Part shown: one piece after another, positions 25,001 to 37,200 of the stretch
Layout of the letters: every line of letters begins with the position of its first letter
Position numbering within the stretch: the stretch's first letter is position 1
Assembly (NCBI RefSeq): GCF_009914755.1
Contig: NC_060930.1
Reading direction: 5' to 3' (one strand)
From: the human T2T-CHM13v2.0 reference genome, Homo sapiens
Length of the DNA: 64,000 nt
The notes under the pieces: model-generated
The model's database searches: none
Told to the model about the DNA's origin: nothing
The model's input: only the letters and a program-made list of their open reading frames with translations
Made by a program: the position numbers and the translations under genes

Positions 25001-28000
25001 CAGTTTTGAAACACTGTTTTTGTAGTATTTCCAAGCGGATATTTAGAGCGCCTTGAAGCCTATGCTAGAAATGGAAATATCTCCCCATAAAACCAAGACA
25101 GAAGCAATCTCAGAAACTAATGTGTGATGGCTGCATTCCACACACACGGTGGACCATTTCTCTTGATAGAGCAGTTTTGAAACACTCTTTCTGTAGAATC
25201 TGCAAGTGGATAATTGGACCTCCTAGAGGCCTTCGTTGGAAACGGGATTTCTTCATCTAAACCTACAAAGAATTCTCAGTAACTTCTTCGGATGTGTGCA
25301 TTCGACTCACAGAATGGAACATTCCCTTTGATAGAGCAGTTTTGAGACACCGTTTTTGTAGAATTCCCAAGTGGATATTTAGAGCACTTTGAAGTCTCTG
25401 CTGGAAAAGGAAACATCTTCATGTAAAAAGTAGATAGAATCGTTCTCAGAAAGTGCTTAGTGACGTGTGCGTTCAACTCACAGAGTTTAACGTTTCTTTT
25501 GATAGAGCGTTTCTGAAACACCCTTCTTGTAGTAGCTGCAAGTGGATATTTGGACCTATTGGAGGCCTTCTTTGGAAATGGGATTTCTTCATGTAACTCT
25601 AGATTGAAGAATTCTCAGAAACTCCTTTGTGATGTGTGCATTCAATTCAAAGAGTGAAACCTCCCTTTTCACAGAGCAGTTTTGAAACACTGTTTTTGTA
25701 GGATTTCCAAGGGGATATTTATAGCGCATTGAGCCTACGGCGGAAAAAGAAACATCTTCCTATAAAAACTAGACAGAATACTTCTCAGAATCTGCTTTGC
25801 GATGTGTGCGTTCAACTCACAGAGTAAAACTTTTCTTTTGATAGAGCAGTTTTGAAACACTCTTTTTGTAGTATTTGCATGTGTATATTTAGAGCGCATT
25901 GAAGCCCACAGTAGAAAAGGAAATAACTTCACCTAAAACCTAGACAGAAGCAATCTCAGAAACTACTTTGTGATGTGTACATTCAACTCACAGAGTGGAA
26001 CTTTCCTCTTTATAGAGCAGTGTTGAAACACTCTTTTTGTAGAAACTGCAAGTGGATATTTGGACCTCTTTGAGGCCTTCGTTGGAAACGGGATTTCTTC
26101 CTATAACCCTAGACAGAAGAATTTTCAGAAACCTCATTGTGATGTGTGCGTTCATCTCACAGAGTGGAGTCTTCCGTTTGATAGAGAAGTTTTGAAACCC
26201 TGTTCTTGTAGGATTTCCAAGTGGATATTTAGACCACTTTGAAGCCTATGATAGAAAAGGAAACATCTTCATGGAAAACATAGATAGAATCATTCTCAGA
26301 AACAACTTTGTGATGTGTGCGTTGAACTCACCGTCTTTAACCTTTCTTTTGGTAGAGAAGTTTTGAAACACTCTCTTTGTAAAGTCTACAAGTGGATATT
26401 TTGAGCCCTTGGAGGCATTCTTTGGAAAAGGGAATGTCTTCACATAAAAGGCAGACGGAAGTGTTCTCAGAAACTGCTTTGTGATGTCTGTGTTCAACTC
26501 ACAGAGTTTAACATTTCCTTTGATAGAGCGGTTTAGTAACCCTCTCTTTGTAGAATTTGGAAGTGTATACTAAGAGCGCTTTGAGGCCTATGGTAGAAAA
26601 GGAAATATCTTTCCATAAAAGCTAGACAGAAGCAATCTCAGAAACTCCTTTGTGATGTCTGCATTCAACTCACCGAGTGGAACATTCCTCTTGATAGAGC
26701 AGTTTGGAAACACTCTTTCTGTAGAATCAGCTTGTTTGTATTTGGACCTCCTTGAGGCCTTCATTGGAAACGGGTTTTCATCTTATAAACCCAGACAGAA
26801 GAATTCTCAGAGTCTTCTTTGTGATGTGTGCTTTCAACTCACCGAGATAAAGATTTCTCTTGATAGAGCAATTTGGAAACACTCTTTTTGTAGAATTTGC
26901 AAGGGTACATTGAGAGCGCTTTCAGGCCTATGGTAGAAAAGGGAATATCTTTCCATAAAAGGTAGACAGAAGCAATCTCAGAAACTACTTTGTGATGTGT
27001 GCATTCAACTCACCGAGTGCAACGTTCCTCTTGACCGAGCAGTTTGGAAACATTGTTTCTGTAGAATCTGCAAGTGGATATTTGGACCTCTTTGAGGCCT
27101 TCGTTGGAAACGGGATTTCTTCCTATACACCCAGACAGAAGAATTCTCAGAGACTTCTTTGTGATGTGTGAATTCAACTCCAGTGTGGATCCTTCCTTTT
27201 GATAGAGCAGTTTTGAAACACTGTTTTTGTAGTATTTCCAAGCGGATATTTGGAACGCCTTGAAGCGTATGGTAGAAAAGGAAATATCTTCCCATAAAAC
27301 CTAGACAGAACCAATCTCAGAAACGACTTTGTGATGTCTGCATTCAAGTCACAGAGTTGAACATTTCTCTTGATAGAGCAGTTTTGAAACCCTCTTTCTG
27401 AAGGATCTGCAAGTGGATATTTGGAACTCCTTTGGGTCTTCGTTGGAAACGGGATTTCTTCGTATAAATCTAGACAGAAGAATTCTCCGAAACTTCTTTG
27501 GTTGTGTGCATTCAAGTCACAGAGTGGAAAATTCCTTTGGATAGAGCACTTTGAAACGCTGTGGTTGTAGTATTTCCAAGCGGATATTAGAGCGCCTTGA
27601 GGCCTATGGTAGAAAAGGAAATATCTTCCCATAAAACCTAGACGGAAGCAATCTCAGAAACTACTGTGTGATGGCTGCATTCCACACACACGGTGGAACA
27701 TTTCTCTTGATAGAGCAGTTTTGAAACACTCTTTCTGTAGAATCTGCAAGTGGATAATTGGACCGCCTTGAGCCCTTCGTTGGAAACGGGATTTCTTCAT
27801 GTTACTCTAGATAGAAGAATTCTCAAACACTGCTATGTGATGTTTGCATTCAAGTCACAGAGTGCAACATTCCTCTTGGTAGAGCAGTTGGGAAACACTC
27901 CTTTTGTAGAATCTGCAATGGGATATTTGGACTTCTTTGAGGCCTTCGTTGGAAACGGGATTTCTTCGTATGAATCTAGACAGAAGAATTCTCAGAAACT

Positions 28001-28191
28001 TCCTTGTGATGTGTGCATTCAACTCAGCGAGTGGCACCTTCCTTTGGATACAGCAGTTTTGAAACACTGTTTTTGTAGTATTTCCAAGCGGATATTTAGA
28101 GCGCCTTGAAGCCTATGCTAGAAATGGAAATATCTCCCCATAAAACCAAGACAGAAGCAATCTCAGAAACTAATGTGTGATGGCTGCATTC
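22085..28191 (+). repeat. Two 18-mer HORs with small deletions (3,054 bp and 3,053 bp)
   Basis: A 3-bp deletion (CCTACAAAGAATTC vs CCTACAGAGAAGAATTC) occurs near 22213 and 25267. A further 1-bp deletion (CAACTCCAGTG vs CAACTCACAGTG) occurs near 27180. Confidence 0.92.
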
Positions 28192-31100
28192 CACACACAC
28201 GGTGGACCATTTCTCTTGATAGAGCAGTTTTGAAACACTCTTTCTGTAGAATCTGCAAGTGGATAATTGGACCTCCTAGAGGCCTTCGTTGGAAACGGGA
28301 TTTCTTCATCTAAACCTACAGAGAAGAATTCTCAGTAACTTCTTCGGATGTGTGCATTCGACTCACAGAATGGAACATTCCCTTTGATAGAGCAGTTTTG
28401 AGACACCGTTTTTGTAGAATTCCCAAGTGGATATTTAGAGCACTTTGAAGTCTCTGCTAGAAAAGGAAACATCTTCATGTAAAAAGTAGATAGAATCGTT
28501 CTCAGAAAGTGCTTAGTGACGTGTGCGTTCAACTCACAGAGTTTAACGTTTCTTTTGATAGAGCGTTTCTGAAACACCCTTCTTGTAGTAGCTGTAAGTG
28601 GATATTTGGACCTATTGGAGGCCTTCTTTGGAAATGGGATTTCTTCATGTAACTCTAGATTGAAGAATTCTCAGAAACTCCTTTGTGATGTGTGCATTCA
28701 ATTCAAAGAGTGAAACCTCCCTTTTCACAGAGCAGTTTTGAAACACTGTTTTTGTAGGATTTCCAAGGGGATATTTATAGCGCATTGAGCCTACGGCGGA
28801 AAAAGAAACATCTTCCTATAAAAACTAGACAGAATACTTCTCAGAATCTGCTTTGCGATGTGTGCGTTCAACTCACAGAGTAAAACTTTTCTTTTGATAG
28901 AGCAGTTTTGAAACACTCTTTTTGTAGTATTTGCATGTGTATATTTAGAGCGCATTGAATCCCACAGTAGAAAAGGAAATAACTTCACCTAAAACCTAGA
29001 CAGAAGCAATCTCAGAAACTACTTTGTGATGTGTACATTCAACTCACAGAGTGGAACTTTCCTCTTTATAGAGCAGTGTTGAAACACTCTTTTTGTAGAA
29101 ACTGCAAGTGGATATTTGGACCTCTTTGAGGCCTTCGTTGGAAACGGGATTTCTTCCTATAACCCTAGACAGAAGAATTTTCAGAAACCTCATTGTGATG
29201 TGTGCGTTCATCTCACAGAGTGGAGTCTTCCGTTTGATAGAGAAGTTTTGAAACCCTGTTCTTGTAGGATTTCCAAGTGGATATTTAGACCACTTTGAAG
29301 CCTATGATAGAAAAGGAAACATCTTCATGGAAAACATAGATAGAATCATTCTCAGAAACAACTTTGTGATGTGTGCGTTGAACTCACCGTCTTTAACCTT
29401 TCTTTTGGTAGAGAAGTTTTGAAACACTCTCTTTGTAAAGTCTACAAGTGGATATTTTGAGCCCTTGGAGGCATTCTTTGGAAAAGGGAATGTCTTCACA
29501 TAAAAGGCAGACAGAAGTGTTCTCAGAAACTGCTTTGTGATGTCTGTGTTCAACTCACAGAGTTTAACATTTCCTTTGATAGAGCGGTTTAGTAACCCTC
29601 TCTTTGTAGAATTTGGAAGTGTATACCAAGAGCGCTTTGAGGCCTATGGTAGAAAAGGAAATATCTTTCCATAAAAGCTAGACAGAAGCAATCTCAGAAA
29701 CTCCTTTGTGATGTCTGCATTCAACTCACCGAGTGGAACATTCCTCTTGAGAGAGCAGTTTGGAAACACTCTTTCTGTAGAATCAGCTTGTTTGTATTTG
29801 GACCTCCTTGAGGCCTTCGTTGGAAACGGGTTTTCATCTTATAAACCCAGACAGAAGAATTCTCAGAGTCTTCTTTGTGATGTGTGCTTTCAACTCACCG
29901 AGATAAAGATTTCTCTTGATAGAGCAATTTGGAAACACTCTTTTTGTAGAATTTGCAAGGGTACATTGAGAGCGCTTTCAGGCCTATGGTAGAAAAGGGA
30001 ATATCTTTCCATAAAAGGTAGACAGAAGCAATCTCAGAAACTACTTTGTGATGTGTGCATTCAACTCACCGAGTGCAACGTTCCTCTTGACCGAGCAGTT
30101 TGGAAACATTGTTTCTGTAGAATCTGCAAGTGGATATTTGGACCTCTTTGAGGCCTTCGTTGGAAACGGGATTTCTTCCTATAAACCCAGACAGAAGAAT
30201 TCTCAGAGACTTCTTTGTGATGTGTGAATTCAACTCACAGTGTGGATCCTTCCTTTTGATAGAGCAGTTTTGAAACACTGTTTTTGTAGTATTTCCAAGC
30301 GGATATTTGGAACGCCTTGAAGCGTATGGTAGAAAAGGAAATATCTTCCCATAAAACCTAGACAGAACCAATCTCAGAAACTACTGAGTGATGGCTGCAT
30401 TCCACACACACACGGTGGAACATTTCTCTTGATAGAGCAGTTTTGAAACCCTCTTTCTGAAGGATCTGCAAGTGGATATTTGGAACTCCTTTGGGTCTTC
30501 GTTGGAAACGGGATTTCTTCGTATAAATCTAGACAGAAGAATTCTCCGAAACTTCTTTGGTTGTGTGCATTCAAGTCACAGAGTGGAACCTTCCTTTGGA
30601 TAGAGCAGTTTGAAACGCTGTGGTTGTAGTATTTCCAGGCGGATATTAGAGCGCCTTGAGGCCTATGGTAGAAAAGGAAATATCTTCCCATAAAACCTAG
30701 ACGGAAGCAATCTCAGAAACTACTGTGCGATGGCTGCATTCCACACACACGGTGGAACATTTCTCTTGATAGAGCAGTTTTGAAACACTCTTTCTGTAGA
30801 ATCTGCAAGTGGATAATTGGACCGCCTTGAGGCCTTCGTTTGAAACGGGATTTCTTCATGTTACTCTAGATAGAAGAATTCTCAAACACTGCTATGTGAT
30901 GTTTGCATTCAAGTCACAGAGTGCAACATTCCTCTTGGTAGAGCAGTTGGGAAACACTCCTTTTGTAGAATCTGCAATGGGATATTTGGACTTCTTAGAG
31001 GCCTTCGTTGGAAACGGGATTTCTTCGTATGAATCTAGACAGAAGAATTCTCAGAAACTTCCTTGTGATGTGTGCATTCAACTCAGCGAGTGGCACCTTC

Positions 31101-31250
31101 CTTTGGATACAGCAGTTTTGAAACACTGTTTTTGTAGTATTTCCAAGCGGATATTTAGAGCGCCTTGAAGCCTATGCTAGAAATGGAAATATCTCCCCAT
31201 AAAACCAAGACAGAAGCAATCTCAGAAACTAATGTGTGATGGCTGCATTC
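28192..31250 (+). repeat. 18-mer HOR of 3,059 bp carrying a chimeric monomer with an extra CA
   Basis: The anchor spacing is 3,059. At 30382-30417 the sequence reads TACTGAGTGATGGCTGCATTCCACACACACACGGTG instead of the usual GACTTTGTGATGTCTGCATTCAAGTCACAGAGTT. Confidence 0.9.
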
Positions 31251-34200
31251 CACACACATGGTGGACCATTTCTCTTGATAGAGCAGTTTTGAAACTCTTT
31301 TTCTGTAGAATCTGCAAGTGGATAATTGGACCTCCTAGAGGCCTTCGTTGGAAACGGGATTTCTTCATCTAAACCTACAGAGAAGAATTCTCAGTAACTT
31401 CTTCGGATGTGTGCATTCGACTCACAGAATGGAACATTCCCTTTGATAGAGCAGTTTTGAGACACCGTTTTTGTAGAATTCCCAAGTGGATATTTAGAGC
31501 ACTTTGAAGTCTCTGCTAGAAAAGGAAACATCTTCGTGTAAAAAGTAGATAGAATCGTTCTCAGAAAGTGCTTAGTGACGTGTGCGTTCAACTCACAGAG
31601 TTTAACGTTTCTTTTGATAGAGCGTTTCTGAAACACCCTTCTTGTAGTAGCTGCAAGTGGATATTTGGACCTATTGGAGGCCTTCTTTGGAAATGGGATT
31701 TCTTCATGTAACTCTAGATTGAAGAATTCTCAGAAACTCCTTTGTGATGTGTGCATTCAATTCAAAGAGTGAAACCTCCCTTTTCACAGAGCAGTTTTGA
31801 AACACTGTTTTTGTAGGATTTCCAAGGGGATATTTATAGCGCATTGAGCCTACGGCGGAAAAAGAAACATCTTCCTATAAAAACTAGACAGAATACTTCT
31901 CAGAATCTGCTTTGCGATGTGTGCGTTCAACTCACAGAGTAAAACTTTTCTTTTGATAGAGCAGTTTTGAAACACTCTTTTTGTAGCATTTGCATGTGTA
32001 TATTTAGAGCGCATTGAAGCCCACAGTAGAAAAGGAAATAACTTCACCTAAAACCTAGACAGAAGCAATCTCAGAAACTACTTTGTGATGTGTACATTCA
32101 ACTCACAGAGTGGAACTTTCCTCTTTATAGAGCAGTGTTGAAACACTCTTTTTGTAGAAACTGCAAGTGGATATTTGGACCTCTTTGAGGCCTTCGTTGG
32201 AAACGGGATTTCTTCCTGTAACCCTAGACAGAAGAATTCTCAGAAACCTCATTGTGATGTGTGCGTTCATCTCACAGAGTGGAGTCTTCCGTTTGATAGA
32301 GAAGTTTTGCAACCCTGTTCTTGTAGGATTTCCAAGTGGATATTTAGACCACTTTGAAGCCTATGATAGAAAAGGAAACATCTTCATGGAAAACATAGAT
32401 AGAATCATTCTCAGAAACAACTTTGTGATTTGTGTGTTGAACTCACCGTCTTTAACCTTTCTTTTGGTAGAGAAGTTTTGAAACACTCTCTTTGTAAAGT
32501 CTACAAGTGGATATTTTGAGCCCTTGGAGGCATTCTTTGGAAAAGAGAATGTCGTCACATAAAAGGCAGACAGAAGTGTTCTCAGAAACTGCTTTGTGAT
32601 GTCTGTGTTCAACTCACAGAGTTTAACATTTCCTTTGATAGAGCGGTTTAGTAACCCTCTCTTTGTAGAATTTGGAAGTGTATACTAAGAGCGCTTTGAG
32701 GCCTATGGTAGAAAAGGAAATATCTTTCCATAAAAGCTAGACAGAAGCAATCTCAGAAACTCCTTTGTGATGTCTGCATTCAACTCACCGAGTGGAACAT
32801 TCCTCTTGATAGAGCAGTTTGGAAACACTCTTTCTGTAGAATCAGCTTGTTTGTATTTGGACCTCCTTGAGGCCTTCGTTGGAAACGGGTTTTCATCTTA
32901 TAAACCCAGACAGAGGAATTCTCAGAGTCTTCTTTGTGATGTGTGCTTTCAACTCACCGAGATAAAGATTTCTCTTGATAGAGCAATTTGGAAACACTCT
33001 TTTTGTAGAATTTGCAAGGGTACATTGAGAGCGCTTTCAGGCCTATGGTAGAAAAGGGAATATCTTTCCATAAAAGGTAGACAGAAGCAATCTCAGAAAC
33101 TACTTTGTGATGTGTGCATTCAACTCACCGAGTGCAACGTTCCTCTTGACCGAGCAGTTTGGAAACATTGTTTCTGTAGAATCTGCAAGTGGATATTTGG
33201 ACCTCTTTGAGGCCTTCGTTGGAAACGGGATTTCTTCCTATAAACCCAGACAGAAGAATTCTCAGAGACTTCTTTGTGATGTGTGAATTCAACTCACAGT
33301 GTGGATCCTTCCTTTTGATAGAGCAGTTTTGAAACCCTGTTTTTGTAGTATTTCCAAGCGGATATTTGGAACGCCTTGAAGCGTATGGTAGAAAAGGAAA
33401 TATCTTCCCATAAAACCTAGACGGAAGCAATCTCAGAAACTACTGTGTGATGGCTGCATTCCACACACACGGTGGAACATTTCTCTTGATAGAGCAGTTT
33501 TGAAACACTCTTTCAGTAGAATCTGCAAGTGGATAATTGGACTGCCTCGAGGCCTTCGTTGGAAACGGGATTTCTTCATGTTACTCTAGATAGAAGAATT
33601 CTCAAACACTGCTATGTGATGTTTGCATTCAAGTCACAGAGTGCAACATTCCTCTTGGTAGAGCAGTTGGGAAACACTCCTTTTGTAGAATCTGCAATGG
33701 GATATTTGGACTTCTTTGAGGCCTTCGTTGGAAACGGGATTTCTTCGTATGAATCTAGACAGAAGAATTCTCAGAAACTTCCTTGTGATGTGTGCATTCA
33801 ACTCAGCGAGTGGCACCTTCCTTTGGATACAGCAGTTTTGAAACACTGTTTTTGTAGTATTTCCAAGCGGATATTTAGAGCGCCTTGAAGCCTATGCTAG
33901 AAATGGAAATAGCTCCCCATAAAACCAAGACAGAAGCAATCTCAGAAACTAATGTGTGATGGCTGCATTCCACACACACGGTGGACCATTTCTCTTGATA
34001 GAGCAGTTTTGAAACACTCTTTCTGTAGAATCTGCAAGTGGATAATTGGACCTCCTAGAGGCCTTCGTTGGAAACGGGATTTCTTCATCTAAACCTACAG
34101 AGAAGAATTCTCAGTAACTTCTTCGGATGTGTGCATTCGACTCACAGAATGGAACATTCCCTTTGATAGAGCAGTTTTGAGACACCGTTTTTGTAGGATT

Positions 34201-37200
34201 CCCAAGTGGATATTTAGAGCACTTTGAAGTCTCTGCTGGAAAAGGAAACATCTTCATGTAAAAAGTAGATAGAATCGTTCTCAGAAAGTGCTTAGTGACG
34301 TGTGCGTTCAACTCACAGAGTTTAACGTTTCTTTTGATAGAGCGTTTCTGAAACACCCTTCTTGTAGTAGCTGCAAGTGGATATTTGGACCTATTGGAGG
34401 CCTTCTTTGGAAATGGGATTTCTTCATGTAACTCTAGATTGAAGAATTCTCAGAAACTCCTTTGTGATGTGTGCATTCAATTCAAAGAGTGAAACCTCCC
34501 TTTTCACAGAGCAGTTTTGAAACACTGTTTTTGTAGGATTTCCAAGGGGATATTTATAGCGCATTGAGCCTACGGCGGAAAAAGAAACATCTTCCTATAA
34601 AAACTAGACAGAATACTTCTCAGAATCTGCTTTGCGATGTGTGCGTTCAACTCACAGAGTAAAACTTTTCTTTTGATAGAGCAGTTTTGAAACACTCTTT
34701 TTGTAGTATTTGCATGTGTATATTTAGAGCGCATTGAAGCCCACAGTAGAAAAGGAAATAACTTCACCTAAAACCTAGACAGAAGCAATCTCAGAAACTA
34801 CTTTGTGATGTGTACATTCAACTCACAGAGTGGAACTTTCCTCTTTATAGAGCAGTGTTGAAACACTCTTTTTGTAGAAACTGCAAGTGGATATTTGGAC
34901 CTCTTTGAGGCCTTCGTTGGAAACGGGATTTCTTCCTGTAACCCTAGACAGAAGAATTTTCAGAAACCTCATTGTGATGTGTGCGTTCATCTCACAGAGT
35001 GGAGTCTTCCGTTTGATAGAGAAGTTTTGAAACCCTGTTCTTGTAGGATTTCCAAGTGGATATTTAGACCACTTTGAAGCCTATGATAGAAAAGGAAACA
35101 TCTTCATGGAAAACATAGATAGAATCATTCTCAGAAACAACTTTGTGATGTGTGCGTTGAACTCACCGTCTTTAACCTTTCTTTTGGTAGAGAAGTTTTG
35201 AAACACTCTCTTTGTAAAGTCTACAAGTGGATATTTTGAGCCCTTGGAGGCATTCTTTGGAAAAGGGAATGTCTTCACATAAAAGGCAGACAGAAGTGTT
35301 CTCAGAAACTGCTTTGTGATGTCTGTGTTCAACTCACAGAGTTTAACATTTCCTTTGATAGAGCGGTTTAGTAACCCTCTCTTTGTAGAATTTGGAAGTG
35401 TATACTAAGAGCGCTTTGAGGCCTATGGTAGAAAAGGAAATATCTTTCCATAAAAGCTAGACAGAAGCAATCTCAGAAACTCCTTTGTGATGTCTGCATT
35501 CAACTCACCGAGTGGAACATTCCTCTTGATAGAGCAGTTTGGAAACACTCTTTCTGTAGAATCAGCTTGTTTGTATTTGGACCTCCTTGAGGCCTTCGTT
35601 GGAAACGGGTTTTCATCTTATAAACCCAGACAGAAGAATTCTCAGAGTCTTCTTTGTGATGTGTGCTTTCAACTCACCGAGATAAAGATTTCTCTTGATA
35701 GAGCAATTTGGAAACACTCTTTTTGTAGAATTTGCAAGGGTACATTGAGAGCGCTTTCAGGCCTATGGTAGAAAAGGGAATATCTTTCCATAAAAGGTAG
35801 ACAGAAGCAATCTCAGAAACTACTTTGTGATGTGTGCATTCAACTCACCGAGTGCAACGTTCCTCTTGACCGAGCAGTTTGGAAACATTGTTTCTGTAGA
35901 ATCTGCAAGTGGATATTTGGACCTCTTTGAGGCCTTCGTTGGAAACGGGATTTCTTCCTATAAACCCAGACAGAAGAATTCTCAGAGACTTCTTTGTGAT
36001 GTGTGAATTCAACTCACAGTGTGGATCCTTCCTTTTGATAGAGCAGTTTTGAAACCCTGTTTTTGTAGTATTTCCAAGCGGATATTTGGAACGCCTTGAA
36101 GCGTATGGTAGAAAAGGAAATATCTTCCCATAAAACCTAGACGGAAGCAATCTCAGAAACTACTGTGTGATGGCTGCATTCCACACACACGGTGGAACAT
36201 TTCTCTTGATAGAGCAGTTTTGAAACACTCTTTCTGTAGAATCTGCAAGTGGATAATTGGACTGCCTCGAGGCCTTCGTTGGAAACGGGATTTCTTCATG
36301 TTACTCTAGATAGAAGAATTCTCAAACACTGCTATGTGATGTTTGCATTCAAGTCACAGAGTGCAACATTCCTCTTGGTAGAGCAGTTGGGAAACACTCC
36401 TTTTGTAGAATCTGCAATGGGATATTTGGACTTCTTTGAGGCCTTCGTTGGAAACGGGATTTCTTCGTATGAATCTAGACAGAAGAATTCTCAGAAACTT
36501 CCTTGTGATGTGTGCATTCAACTCAGCGAGTGGCACCTTCCTTTGGATACAGCAGTTTTGAAACACTGTTTTTGTAGTATTTCCAAGCAGATATTTAGAA
36601 CGCCTTGAAGCCTATGCTAGAAATGGAAATATCTCCCCATAAAACCAAGACAGAAGCAATCTCAGAAACTAATGTGTGATGGCTGCATTCCACACACACG
36701 GTGGACCATTTCTCTTGATAGAGCAGTTTTGAAACACTCTTTCTGTAGAATCTGCAAGTGGATAATTGGACCTCCTAGAGGCCTTCGTTGGAAACGGGAT
36801 TTCTTCATCTAAACCTACAGAGAAGAATTCTCAGTAACTTCTTCGGATGTGTGCATTCGACTCACAGAATGGAACATTCCCTTTGATAGAGCAGTTTTGA
36901 GACACCGTTTTTGTAGAATTCCCAAGTGGATATTTAGAGCACTTTGAAGTCTCTGCTAGAAAAGGAAACATCTTCATGTAAAAAGTAGATAGAATCGTTC
37001 TCAGAAAGTGCTTAGTGACGTGTGCGTTCAACTCACAGAGTTTAACGTTTCTTTTGATAGAGCGTTTCTGAAACACCCTTCGTGTAGTAGCTGCAAGTGG
37101 ATATTTGGACCTATTGGAGGCCTTCTTTGGAAATGGGATTTCTTCATGTAACTCTAGATTGAAGAATTCTCAGAAACTCCTTTGTGATGTGTGCATTCAA

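Noticed and set aside
30834-30850. Variant box CTTCGTTTGAAACGGGA (also 63443-63459) as a CENP-B box knockout
   Set aside because: The change is outside the nine core positions (nTTCGnnnnAnnCGGGn), so binding is probably retained. It was used only as a lineage marker.
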